Shown: in pieces, positions 51,362 through 64,000 of the stretch | Layout of the letters: each line of letters opens with the position of its first letter | Numbering within the stretch: the first letter of the stretch is position 1 | NCBI GenBank assembly: GCA_964106915.2 | Contig: OZ066915.1 | Strand: one strand, 5' to 3' | Source of the DNA: Podarcis gaigeae | Lineage: Eukaryota | Length of the DNA stretch: 64,000 nt | Translations under genes and position numbers: made by a program | The notes under the pieces: generated by a model | What the model was told of the DNA's origin: nothing | What the model saw: only the letters and a program-made list of their open reading frames with translations | Database searches by the model: none

Positions 51362-54300
51362 TACGCCAGATAGACCAATTGTGACAGCTCTGTGAGCCCT
51401 AAATCCAGTTACAACTGCCATGTCTAATTTCCACCTGGTATCATAACAGAGGGTTTTGTTTTTCGTTTTGTTTTTAATTTGTATATATAGTTTAAGAAAA
51501 AAGAACTGTTATTTTTCCTCTTCTCTGTTTGACTCAAAGCTTCACTGACTTAGACTTATATACTGTAACAGTAGCTAGCCTCTCCTAGTCAAAACATGTG
51601 TATCATAGTGAAACAAAATGCAAGCATGTGCATTATTAGGGGGCTAGTGCTTTCTGGTAGTGAGCAGGACATCCTAGGATTTTAACAAGGAGGCCTGAGA
51701 TTGCCAGTATCTGTTGTTCATGCAGGGATGACAGTTTTATGGGCATTATTTAAACCAAGCAAATAGATTTCATGGTCTGCCTGGTATTGTCTCTGTTTAG
51801 CAGGCTGCAGAATGGGGGTACTATTGTAGTAGCCAACTATATACACATAACTTATGGAAAAGTAAATTGTGTGTGTGCATGTGTGCATCTATGCATACAT
51901 CTGCAGGATTTGTCAGTGTGTGTGTGTGTGTGTGCGCGCGCAACTATGAAGTAAAATAAGCGATAATATTTTTAAGAAGCACAACAAGCTTATTTGAAGA
52001 AAGCACTTAATGGTTGGAGGAAAGACAACATTGTATTTATGGTCTTTTAAATCCTTGATTTTTCTTTTTTACCTCCAGTTTGATCCAAGTCCATCCAAGG
52101 GTTCAGGAACCAAGATTTAGCCCTATCACTCACAACTTATCAGCTGGGCAGCACCATAAACCCTCATCCAAGGGTCTAGGTAGATAAAGAATGACATATC
52201 TTTGTTAAAGCTGCTCTGCTTTTAATCAGTATGCATCCTGAGTGACATCCGATATTATTTATTGGTAAAACCTAAACCTTTGGTTGTCTGAAGCAATTCC
52301 CGTAATTTGCTCAGGTTGATTAAAGTAGCCTCTTACCAAAACACAATGGAGATAATAGGACGGAAGATGCAACTCCACGAACCTGAGAAAAATATTACTC
52401 AAATGTGTTGGGGTTTTGTTTTGTTAATCAAATGGCTTCAGTTCCCATAAAAGAGGTCAGTCTACATTTTCAGCATAAATACCCAAATTATGGCTCCTGT
52501 TCAGGGAGCAAAACAAGTAAACCTCCTCTGTACAATCATTTTACTGTAGACATCGAGAGGCGATTGAACCTTTTTTCCTTTGCCATTTCCCCCCCTTTCT
52601 TTCTTTGTAATGGAATTGATGGTTTTCCTACCCTTTCCTCCCTTGCATTTCATAACTGAAATCCTACTAGGAGGCCGTTGAAAGTGATAGACAGATGTCA
52701 CCGTTCTAAATATTTCAATACTGTTGTGCATAAATTGTGTCTAGTACGCCTTAAGTGTCATTCATAAACTCATATTACCTATGAGTCACACAGGTTTTCC
52801 ATGTTTGCACTTAATTACACCATTACTTCAGTTTTGGCTTCAAAGGTCATGGTTAAGGTTTGCTACATACTTTCTTGGAGTGACCCCAGTGTGAGCTCAG
52901 GGAACAAAAACAAAAAGAAAAGTGAACTTCACTAAAACTTTTTGTTGTTGGTATGTTACTTTAAATGTGTGTATGTGTATGTGAGCGTGTGCGTATAGAT
53001 ATAGATATATATATACTGGGACACTTCCGCTTGTTAATCCATCACTTTCAAACTGGGGGAGATGAAGACGTTGCAGTTGTTCAGATGAATCAGTTAAATT
53101 ATTTTATGGATGCCAAAGAATATTTTGAGAATAGCACAGCCAGAAACCGGAAATTTGTCATTTTGGGGAGGGGGGTGATGAATGAATGAAAGCTGTTTAG
53201 CTGCAAAAGGACTAAATCAGTGTTCATGACACAGCTGAGGCATTAGGTTGCAAGCTTGCTGAAGATGATGCTTTTATCATTTGGATCACATCCCACCATT
53301 TTGATTTCTGATGCTCTTTGCTCGTTGCATTCTGAGCAATGTTGGTTTTATGTTTTCTGATGCCAGACATTGGCTGTCCTTGGTTTTTGAGAGTCAGTCA
53401 TTTTACAAGCCTTCCAAAGTCCTTAATATCACTCCAGTTGAGCCACAACTTGGAGAACCTTTATTCTGAAAAGAAACCAAAATCGGGAGCCAAACACACA
53501 TCAGTGTTTTTGCTGATTTGAGAAGTTATGTTTGCAAAATGATTTTTCAAAAGCACTGACTGAAATGGAACAATTTGGTATTTGCCTAACCCATACGAGT
53601 TGGCAAGTAAATTCTGCTCCTTAATTAAGGCTTGGTATGTTCAGATAATGTTAAATACAGTAAATAGGACTTAGTTTTATCTTATCAAGCTTGCTAGGCT
53701 TTAGCTACAATATCCTAGTTATGTCATACAAATAATCAATATGCTGCCTTTTAATGGCTCTTGCTTCCGTGTGCTTCAGTTCAACTATAGCTTAAAAAAA
53801 AGAGAAAGAGAAACAGAAATCCAGAATTCTCACTGTACACAGCTTTGTTCATCAGCTACTGCATAACCTGCCTGCTCACCAGTACAGGACAGCAAAAGGA
53901 ACAAACTTTAAAGAACAACCAAACTAAAGCAGCACCTATCGTCTTGATTTGGATTATATGTAGCACTCCGAGACACTCCCATTGTTACTGTGAATAAGAA
54001 GTAATAGTGAACCAAAAACAAAAACTAAAAATATATGGGGAAAAAGAAATGCTTTCTCCCATTCTAGCACCTTCAGCCCATTAATGAGACCCTGTACACA
54101 AAGTCTCTGAAATTACACCATGGAGTTACACACTAGGAGAAGCCCCACAAAATGGAAGAGAGCCAGGGCTGCCGTTGTTCACAAGGGAAACCAAAGCCCT
54201 GTGGAGTGTTGGATCACAGCCCTTCCATGTAATACATCCACGTTTGCAACTAACAGGGAATAACACTGGGTGTATGTGGATTCTGGCCTTTTTGTATGGA

Positions 54301-56285
54301 GAAAGATGAAAGAAAAAGATGCAGACTACTTTACTGGAAGCCAGGAATATAACATTGTTCCTAACTAGTTGATGACAATGCCCTTCTGTTCACAATGTCC
54401 TTCTGGCTTGGATCCAGAAGGGGCAAACAGAAGTATGGGGTGCAGATTCCCCATGCAGCCCCCCCAAGTCCCATGATGAAGATTGGGGGGGAAGGGAGAA
54501 GTAGTATTTTAAACAATTGTGTCACACATGTGAACAGAAGAACACCATTGGAGCCACCTGTTCGTTAGAAAATATATTCACTATTTTCAGTGTAGACAAG
54601 CATGTGGTAGAAGACGTAACTACTTTTACCTTGTTGCTTTGGCAAAATGTTAGTATTTTTGTATAACTGCTGTGGAATCCCTTGATCTGGATTCTGCAAT
54701 GTGCTTGGCCTGGCAATAATGCTCCTAATGTAACTGCAAATGTGGCAGCAGCGGCCAGTGAGTGCCTTGGAACAAGGCATAGTCTCTGGAGTTGTAGAGG
54801 AGCCCATGTAAGCTGCCACCTTACAAGCAAAATGCAGTGCTGAGTACACAGAGGTGCTCCGTATGGTTAGTCCAGGTTCGCCTTTGGTATCAGAGTTTTG
54901 GTATATATCTGGCTGGCTACGTGAAAACGTTTGTAGCCAAAGGCATTGCTAATGAAAAGGGGTTTTCTGGCAGTGCAGCTCTGACTTACTTTAAATCATT
55001 TCCAGTTCTGATTATTTCATATGGTCTCCAGTAGTGACCATCTAAAGTCTTGTTGACGTTTCTGTGCGGTTGACATATCTGCATATTGCTCAAAAATATT
55101 TTTAGAAGAACTCCAATCTTCCTTCGCTGTTTTGCACTTGCCTTTTTCTCAACAACAGCAACAAAAAAGATTTGCGTAAAGGAAGAAGAAATTGTCCATG
55201 GAAAATATTTTTATGAACTGTAAATGTATTTTGAGATGAACAGAGAGCATATATGGTCTATTTTATTAAGCAACGGTCTTTAAGATGATGTGTGAACGGC
55301 AAGCATTTGTATTTGCAATGTAAAGGATGAATCTCATTTCCTTTGGAAAAGCAGCATCATGCTTTGGCATTAACATAGTCATAACGATTCTCCTCTTTTG
55401 TTCATCAACAAGAATCAAATCTTGCTTTTAAAATATCAGTGTTCAGTCAACTGAATTTCCTAAAGGCAAATTTGTAGCATATTTTGCATCTCTGAAGATT
55501 TTAACATTTATTATTAAAAAATAAAATTAAACTATTATTTGACAGAGCTTTTCCTCAAAACACAATGGAGAATTAGCCATTTCTGTAGGAAGAAAGGAGA
55601 AGATTTCAATCCCACCTGGCTCCCCCCCCCCCCATGAGCTCCTCAAAGTGAGGTTTTTGCAAGCTCTCATAAAAAGACTCCTGTTTCCTGTTACCAGGTA
55701 GGTGTGTTAATTTGGTTGTTCTTTAAGGAAACTGTAGTATACTTTGCTCCATTCCACACAGACGCAAAACAGGCCCACTCCATATCAGTTACAGGAAACG
55801 ATATGAATGTCACAGAAGGTAAAGCCCTTCTGTTTTCTTTGTTTCAAAGAAAGTTATGTGCCATTTGTTAATATAAAAGAGAAATATTGAAAATATATTG
55901 AAAAGAGCAATTTTAAATTATTTTTGGCTTATGTTGCGATATTTATTTTCTTGTATTAGAAATTCCTTTGTAGAGAAAAAAAATGTATTTTTCATTAATG
56001 CAAAAACCTATTTCTCCTTTTGTACATTTTCCATGTTAGTTAATCCTTAAAGCAATATAATGTATCAATTGTTGTTCTGTGTGAAAGCTGTATTATGCAT
56101 GCTGTTTGTGTTGCTTTGGAATAGGTCTGTCTGCCATAATTTTCATCATGTTTCGATTCAGTGTATGCTTTAATACACATTGGGACCATGAACCATTTGC
56201 TTATAAAAAAAGAAAAGAAATACCTTTGCATTCTTCAATGTGTTGGCAAATGCAGTCAATAAAGCCGTGTTTTCTGTGTACTTTT
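51362..56285 (+). other. JADE2: Long JADE2 3'UTR (about 4.9 kb)
   Basis: Follows the stop codon, is AU-rich and lacks recognisable TEs; ends in AATAAA followed by a GU/U-rich tract. The exact end is inferred. Confidence 0.7.
56258..56263 (+). terminator. Distal polyadenylation signal AATAAA of JADE2
   Basis: gcagtcAATAAAgccgtgttttctgtgtacttttgtttgg: canonical hexamer with a downstream GU/U-rich element. Confidence 0.7.
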
Positions 56286-56541
56286 GTTTGGCTATTGATT
56301 ATTCAACAGGACTAACCTCCATATCCAAAGGAGTCATCTTTTTCACCTTTCCATAAAATCTCAGTAGCAGTGAGCCTTAGACTAGTTAGTATCTATGCAA
56401 TATTAATCAGTTTCTATCAAGATTGAGGGCATAGTTCCTTTTTAATTCCTCAGTAGTGGTACTGTGTTTTTGCCACAGGACTTAAAAAGTGCAAGAAAGC
56501 TGCAGAATAGTAAACACTGTAGAAAAGGGATGTATCCCTTC

Positions 56542-56542
<1 letters not shown>

Positions 56543-56591
<49 letters not shown>
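56543..56591. repeat. (ATT)n microsatellite
   Basis: Directly visible. Confidence 0.95.
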
Positions 56592-56593
<2 letters not shown>

Positions 56594-56877
56594 GCAGGGT
56601 CCTTCAAAGCATGCAGCCAGTGCAATCATATGCGCCACAGTTTACTCCCAAACAAGTGCACATAGGACTGCAGCATCAGGAGTGTAAATGCCATAGGCAA
56701 TCTTATACACCCTTACCTGGAGGTAAATCCCATTGAACCCAAAGGTGTGCACGGCAGGCACCAGGTGCTATATACCTGCAAAATAACATTTTATAGGAGT
56801 AAGAACACAACACACTGAGCTGTGAGCCAGCTGTAACTTTGAGGTGCCATTGCCTCCTGGGGATTTAAATTGTAAGG

Positions 56878-57015
56878 CAGGCATAGGCAAACTTGGTCCT
56901 CCAGATGTTTTGGGACTACAACTCCCATGATCCCTAGCTAACAGGGCCAGTGGTCAGGGATGATGGGAGTTGTAGTCCCAAAACATCTGGAGGGCCCCGA
57001 GTTTGCCTGTGCCTG
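56878..57015. mobile_element. Palindromic hAT MITE (138 bp)
   Basis: caggcataggcaaact...ctccagatgttttgggactacaactcccat / atgggagttgtagtcccaaaacatctggag...agtttgcctgtgcctg; 8-bp TSD ttgtaagg/ttctaagg. Confidence 0.88.
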
Positions 57016-59346
57016 TTCTAAGGACTACTTTCCTGTTCAGAAAGCACTGCAATGTAGGGAAATAATTTGAATTGAACTACATCCTGCTTCCCACAGTGAC
57101 CAAAGTCCACTGGTTGGGCATGAAAGCAGTCGTCTCTTCTCCCCAGCTGCTGGTCATCTTGACATGTGCAAAGTATACACAAGTTTATCTCACTATGTTG
57201 TATGTATTCACCTTCCCAGCCAGCATGAGGTATGTAAATATACAAAGAAATAAGGGGGGGGGGGAATCGTTTCAATACATGCTTGTTATTTCCTGTGACT
57301 TCCATACATAATGCTTTAACCCCCATTGGTTATGTGTTCCAATCTAGTAACTGAGTGAGACAACCACAAAATACAATTTAAGGTAAGGACTTAGAGTTTA
57401 TGCTGCAATCCTGCAGGAATGGTTGACTATAAATAATAGCAGGAACATGTCAACAATGGAGAAAAGTACAGATAGCCAAAGAGAAGGAAAGACAGACCAA
57501 ATTATTAAGTATTCCTTTGTAGCTTTATCCCAACACAGAATGATTCCGCTACTCCCACTGTGTATTTCTGTTGTATCATGACCTGATCAACAAGTTTAAG
57601 ATGACTTCCTCCCCATCAAGAATATCTAGATTGTGCCACTAGCTTTGAATCCCGTTTTGTTTAATTGTCTTGGGAGTCACAAAACACATGGGAACACTCC
57701 AATCTAGTAGAAGCAAGTTCACACTAGCTGTAGCAGGAACATACCCTTGTAATCTGTTAAACTAGAGAGACCTATACTGCCACCAAGGTAAATGGATATA
57801 GACATTTTGAAGATGCAACTTATCACATTCTTGAAGGAAACGTGTGCAATATTGCATGAAGAAAGCTCAAGAATACAGTTCTGGAGAAGATCTCCACACA
57901 CTACAAGGGCTTATAAGACAAGAACAGAAAAATATCAGCAAACAACCGAAAGGGCAAAGCTCTTCACATAGTGTTTAATTTTATACCAAACACTCTGAGG
58001 CTTAAAACCACAGTCATTTATAACAGCTGGGTTTACATGTTCTTTTCTATGTAATTTTACTTTTACATATACATCCCGTAAATGAAAAGCATGAGTTTGC
58101 ATCCACAAACACAATATTCACCTGCTGGGTCATTCAAAATAGTAGTAGGTGTATAATGTCTGTAAAGGCAGCTAAACTGAGTATTCTGATCTTTGTTTAT
58201 GCGAAGGTGGCTCTTAAATCATATGAGCGCTCAACATGAAATTTTACACCGTTATACTTCTTACGGTATTTTAACTTTCTAAATTTGAGGGAAGTGGGAG
58301 GATTTATATATATATATATAAGTTTTCAGTGCCACATTGGTTTTTGCAGTTAACTACTGGTACATGTATCCTAGAATTTGGCATGCAAGTCAGGCCCATA
58401 ATAAGCCTTAGAGCAGGGAACAAATCCTGTGGGGAACAATCTATCCCCTATTTGAATCCCCTCCTCTGGACAGATGCATGGCCACAACCTGAGACCTACA
58501 GGAAAGTCATCACTGCTCTTCCCTTTTCAAGGCCCTCCTGGTTCTAATAGATAGTGGGGTTGGGAGGAAGGTGGGGAATATCCTGCATGCCTTCCTTTGC
58601 CTCCCTTGGTTCCTGCCTTGCAGGTGGTGTGACACCACATAAACCACTGGTCCCCTCTCCTGAGTCACTCCCCTGGTCTGCTGCCTCCGCCACACACTCT
58701 TCAGGGCCTTGCCAGTCCCTGGCCACCCAGTGGGTTCATAGGCAGGATTGGGAGAAAATGGAAGGATTGGGAATGGAGGATTGGGAATAGCACTTTATTT
58801 TCCAATGTGGGGAGGGAATGAGATTTTTAAAAGCTAACATTAATCCAGTGGCCACTGATACATCATTGGGTGACAGACAGCAAACAATTTAGGAAGAGAT
58901 TGGAATTGTGCTAGACTGTTTCTACCGCCTTCTGTATGTTTGAAGAAGGTAAAAGACAATTGTTCCCGCTGGCTCATAGCTAGACCAAAGCACGAGTTCA
59001 ACAGAGGCATCGTTTGTTCATCTTCCAAATGTCTTAATAACCAGACCAAATATAAACTTTTTAAAAGCAATACACCCCCATCTCCTTTTTCTGAAACTGC
59101 ACACTAAGACAAATGGAACCAAATCTATTAAAAAGTAACGTTTTGCTAATGTAATACCCAAATGGAAAAGAAAGAGCTGAAACATATAAACTGCTATCAA
59201 CGTTGGTCAGAAGCCAACGAAAATAACAATAAAGTTGCACTCTCTCATATTGGAGATGAAATATTGGCTACTTTTGCTGTAAACATGAATAATGGCCATA
59301 AGACAACCGCTGGACTCATTCGGCGGAGTTTTTTAAAAGTGATAAA

Positions 59347-59363
59347 TGGCCATCTAGTGGCAG
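59347..59363 (-). promoter_or_regulatory. Candidate CTCF site
   Basis: The minus strand reads ctgCCACTAGATGGCca, close to the CTCF core CCACYAGRKGGC. Confidence 0.5.
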
Positions 59364-60523
59364 TTATGGTTTCCATTCATAACAGACATGCAGCTTCACC
59401 CAAACAAACAATAATCTTCCAGCCATGTGATTGTTCTCTCAGATTACTAGATGATTACCCGGGTGGGTCTGATTGTGTCAGAATATAGGAAATGTTTCCC
59501 CCCGTTGTAAACCTTGGCTCCCACTAGATCAACTCCCTGCTTTTATAAGACAGTAAGTGGTCTGGGACACATTTGTAATGTTTTTTCGTTCTGGGCCAAC
59601 TGCCATGTCTATAAGGTATGCAGTAAGGTAACTTGCTTCTGAAGAGATGCTGCAGTATGATGACTGCACCACTGCTTTGTTAACCAAAAGAGAACAGTAA
59701 CTTGATTATGCTGAAATCAGTAGTGCTAGAAGAGCTACGAATGCATCCCAGGGCCTGAATCAAAAACACTCTCACCAAACCTTCTAATGGAAGCAAACAG
59801 GCTATGACCACCCATTTTTAAGGATGCTACAAGCCATGTCTTTCCTGTACCGGGCTCTACAGCCACAGCAGGCACTCTAACTCTACAATGGTTTGACCTC
59901 ACTCCCAAAGGTACACTCCTCCACTGTTCCCTGAGACAGATGGATGCCAACCAACAAGTCAAAGGCAAATGAAGGTCAGGTTTTCATCAAAGCACCCTAT
60001 ATATTAGTAGGAAAGCAGCAGGAGACATTCCGATTGGCAGGTTGGAGGCAAAATGGCAAGCACATTCAACTTGACTCCCCCACTCCCTGAGCTCGAGCCA
60101 AATGGCAGGATTCAACCACACTGTTGTGCTAGTGGGAGCCAGCACAATGAGTCGTGCTAGCACAACTGGAGTTTCCATCCTTTCCTCTCCCCCCCCCCCA
60201 CATGCCTCTCAAATTGGCTCAGGGTGGGGCGAGGGCAGGAGAATCCCCAGAACAGGCCACACAGGGATAGGAGAGACCATTTCAGCATAAATGCTTGCAC
60301 TGATGGAACAATCATAATAGCATGAAGCTGAATTCTTCCCAAAGTTTTGTGTGGTTACTTTAAATTACTAAATGATGTTCATCTTGCCTCCCGTATCCCA
60401 GATCCATCCCAGGTCAATAACGGGTCCCCAGGGTTTCCCCATTTTTTCTTCTTGCTAAAAATGGGCAGCCTGGTCTGTTTTTAGGTTCCGTGTAGTTATC
60501 CAACCCTTTTTCCCCCCTCCAGC

Positions 60524-60936
60524 TAGGGATGGGGGAGAAAAGGAATGGGATTCAGTTCACAATGAAAGGCAAATCTACCTCATTTTGCACTTTCTGAAGC
60601 AATATGTGAACCAAAATTTAGCCAACCTTCAACATTCACACTATTCTGAATTTTGCAGTTTCCCAGCCAAGTAAGGTGTACAAAAATGCATATACTAGAG
60701 TCAAATGTGCACTAAAATGCATATAATAGTGAAAATAACATATAAAGTGCATTCTAGTAGGGGAAATTGCTTTGCAAAAAAATATGTCTATTACGAGAAA
60801 TTAGCATTAAAATGTTGGTGAATTTTCACAGGGACTTTTTTTGTTTTATTGCAAACGGATGTGGAAATGTGGGGGACCGAACGTAAGACTGGTAAAATGA
60901 GAAACTGAAATAGACAGATTTGCCCATCCATCCCTA
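60524..60936. mobile_element. Non-autonomous hAT (Ac-like) element
   Basis: TIR tagggatgg / ccatcccta; 8-bp flanks cctccagc/cctccgcc. Confidence 0.7.
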
Positions 60937-61762
60937 CCTCCGCCTTTCCCCTCTTTCCGGGCTTTGCTTTTCAGCTGACTCTCCCTTCCTACAACCACCC
61001 TGGCTATTTCACATCCTGCTGTCTCCACATCCTCTGTTTCCTTTCCCACATTGATTTTACTATCACCAATCCCCAGCCTCTTTGCAAGCAAATCTTAGGT
61101 CTCCACATTTTCCCCCAGCAGCGCTGAACCTCCTGCTCTAAGCAAAGCAATCCCAAATGGCTTCATGAAGGAGAAAGCCACCAAGGTTCAGTGACACATA
61201 TTTGCATGGAATGTGTCATTAGCCCTGGAATCTGCACAGAAGCGGAATCGAACAGGATGCTCATTGATGAACTCTTTTCCAAGCATCACCAGTGGCAATA
61301 TATGCAGTTATCTCAGTTACATTGTTCTGTACTCCACCATAGTGGGGTTGGACTAAATGACTCTCAGGGTCCCCTCCGACCCTGTGCTCTTGCTGTAACT
61401 CTGGATTCTGAAGAAAAGGGGGCTGCTGAAGAGGTCAACCCTCTTCAGAACATGCTTAGCCTGGCAGATTATGTTATGCTGGGAGGTTGGGCCTTTGCAA
61501 CAGATGTCCAAGTACAAATGACGTGTTGCCATAGAACAAAGTAGTAGCTGGAAAGCCTTCTGCAGGCAACATGTCTCTCTTATGTCCCCTGGCTGGTGTC
61601 TGTGTAACTCTATTGACTTTGGGGCTGCCCCAAAATACCTACAGAAGGAGCAGTTCTGTGGATGCTGTGAATCTTCTATCTTATACTCAGGTTGTATAGT
61701 TGCATAAATAAAACCTCATATCACAGAAACACTAAGTTCCCAGTAACCTTCATTCAAAGAAA

Positions 61763-62148
61763 GGTAAAAAGGTAAAGGTAAAGGACCATGGATGGTTAAA
61801 TCCAGTCAAAGGCAACTATGGGGTGCGGCACTCATCTTGCTTCAGGTCAAGGGAGCCGGCGTTTGTCCACAGACAGTTTTCCAGGTCATGTAGCCAGCAT
61901 GACTAAACCGCTTCTGGCGCAACAGAACACTGTGATGGAAACCAGAGTGTACAGAAATGCCGTTTACCTTCCCACCACAGCGGTACCTATTTACCTACTT
62001 GCACTGGCATGCTTTTGAACTGATAGGTTGGCAGGAGCTGGGACAGAGCAACAGGAGCGCACTCCATAATGAGGAATTGAACCACCAACCTTCTGATCTG
62101 CAAGCCCAAGAGACTCAGTGGTTTAGACCACAATGCCACCCGCGTCCC
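61763..62148 (-). mobile_element. Sauria SINE, older copy
   Basis: (AAAGGT)n tail at the left, ...gccacccgcgtccc head at the right; TSD ttcaaagaaa at 61753-61762 and 62153-62162. Confidence 0.88.
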
Positions 62149-62222
62149 TTTTTTCAAAGAAAACCAACCCAGGGTATATTTAGGAACCACATCTCATCTC
62201 TTAGACAGACGTACGTTTGTTT

Positions 62223-62261
<39 letters not shown>

Positions 62262-62597
62262 AGTACCAAACCCAGAGCTGTTGAGTGCATAGAAGTGGGG
62301 CTCTGAAGATAGTGATCTGTGGCTCTCATTAAGGAAGCTACAATCTGGAACATAATTCAAGAAGGTGGTGGTCTTTCCCCAGACTTCAGAGGGCAAGAGG
62401 GATAAAAACAGTGATTAAGCAATGTTATCCCCAACTGTACCCCTTTACTTCATTTACAGATGAATAGCTCCTCCTGCACTCTAAGGAGGGAAATAATTAT
62501 TGCAAGAGGCCCAGCTACTGTCCACGGATGATCTAAACCCCACCAGCAAGGGGTGGGTGGGACCAAAGTATACAGAGAGGCACTGTACATGTGCCTA

Positions 62598-62756
62598 CAG
62601 CTCATTGTAGAGCTTTGCATGCAGGAGAGTTCAGAATCAGTCCCCAGCACTGGAAGGGTCTGGGAAAAGCCTCAAACCTGTGGTGCTCGATAGCTAGATG
62701 AATACTGAGTTAGATGAACCAATGACCTAACTCAGTACTAAGGCACTGTCATATGT
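62598..62756 (+). mobile_element. Degenerate tRNA-derived SINE with CR1-like tail
   Basis: gctcattgtagagc...tactgagttagatgaaccaatgacctaactcagta; related to 1145-1330 and 19840-20200. Confidence 0.5.
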
Positions 62757-64000
62757 AGCAGCATGCAAGTGATGTGGCGGGGCTGTGTGACTATTCTGAC
62801 TTCCATCCCACTGGGACACTGCAGCAAAGCAGGATGGAGAGGAGGAGCATGGTGGCAGCAAGGTCAGTGCTGTGGAAATGCAGCGGCAGAAGTGCCAGGG
62901 TTGGCTCTGCCATCATGTTTCCACCTCACACTGCCTGCTGCGGTTCATCCATACATATGTTCTCGCAATATGCAGCCCCTGCTTACGCACACATAAAACC
63001 AAACCACCTGTTGTAATGACAGGCTTTTTGATAGCAAACGTAAGACTGGATGATGGTCTTGTCACAACAAGATATCATAAAAGGCAGCATTAACTAGCCC
63101 TCCAGACGTGATGGAAGATTATTTTCTCTCTCGTTGCATCTTTCACTACATCAACAACATTTCTAGGTTTTGGAAGGCTTCTGAAATGCAAGCACAAATG
63201 TTTGTGTTTCACAGGAAAGTTCCCCTGCTGAAAAGAAAACAAACAAAAGCCAGACAACAGCTTTGTTTACAGCTTTATATGAGCCTGGCAATGAAGTTGC
63301 ATAGAGTAGCCTATGGGGTTGTGCACAGCATTACACTGACTAATTCAGGAGTACCCAGCAAAAATTAAATGGAATAAAATCCAGCTTTGGTTAATGCTTC
63401 TAGAAAGGAAGTGTTTGAATAAAAGGAGTGAGTGTGGGTCCATTTCACCAATGAATATGAAAAATGCTGAACTTACAAACTTAAAAGGAGTGGCACAAGA
63501 TATTTTATACCACAGCTGATTCAATACTACTGTAAAAGCAATACGTTCCCTAAATGTGAAAAAGATGGTGCTGTACTTGTGCATAAAGGCATTTAATTTT
63601 ACACATATGCATTATAAGATCTAGCCTTCCCAAATTAATCCATTTAGGGCAGCCATGCTGGGTACTAAAATAGCGCATTTCTCATGGATGTCCATGTAGG
63701 GATGTAAAACGAGGTGCACCTGCTGCAATTTGCAAGCGACGATTTGAAAACAAATCTACTATTAAGTGGCAGCGAACCAAGGGAAATATCCCGTCTGGGG
63801 GAAGCAAAGACCCTGGCTCACAGACATGTGCTACAACTTAAGCTTTTGTTGGAGTCTGCCAATTCTGCCAGGAGCGACAGAAAGGAATCAGGTTTTGATT
63901 GCATGCAAATGTTCAGGGGTACCTTTCTGAATGTGACAATTTGCAAGTCTATCATCTCCTAAGGCACAAGGCTTAATGCCCTTGCTGTTTGTCAATGGGA

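Noticed and set aside
56450-56736. Poly-Tyr and poly-Asn ORFs
   Set aside because: Translations of the (ATT)n microsatellite.
57000-64000. Possible 3' exon of a neighbouring gene (SAR1B is recalled as the mammalian neighbour)
   Set aside because: No SAR1-like or other coding signature found on either strand.

Overview
Vertebrate genomic DNA, squamate and probably a lacertid lizard, judged from Sauria SINE, Bov-B, L2 and CR1 fragments and squamate-type MITEs. The window holds the 3' part of JADE2 (PHF15), the PZP-domain scaffold subunit of the HBO1/KAT7 histone acetyltransferase complex, on the + strand. Seven GT-AG coding exons splice in frame: 16018-16229, 21267-21434, 21896-22012, 29832-30293, 40478-40595, 48865-48993 and 50469-51361 (2099 nt, about 699 aa, ending ...MSILAS*). 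A 3'UTR of about 4.9 kb ends near the AATAAA at 56258. I could not find the next upstream exon in bases 1-16017, so the 5' exons are probably outside the window. The introns are full of transposable elements: 4 Sauria SINEs, 3 copies of a Tigger/pogo-like MITE, a Tc2-like MITE, hAT MITEs with 8-bp TSDs, a solo LTR and LINE tails, several of them nested. There is one 286-nt assembly gap. Almost all other ORFs in the track are noise. I see no convincing new biological system. The best leads are a TIR-bounded, Harbinger-like remnant carrying an open Myb/SANT-like ORF (7668-7946, minus strand), possible JADE2 isoform switches, nested insertions that order TE families in time, and candidate conserved regulatory elements.
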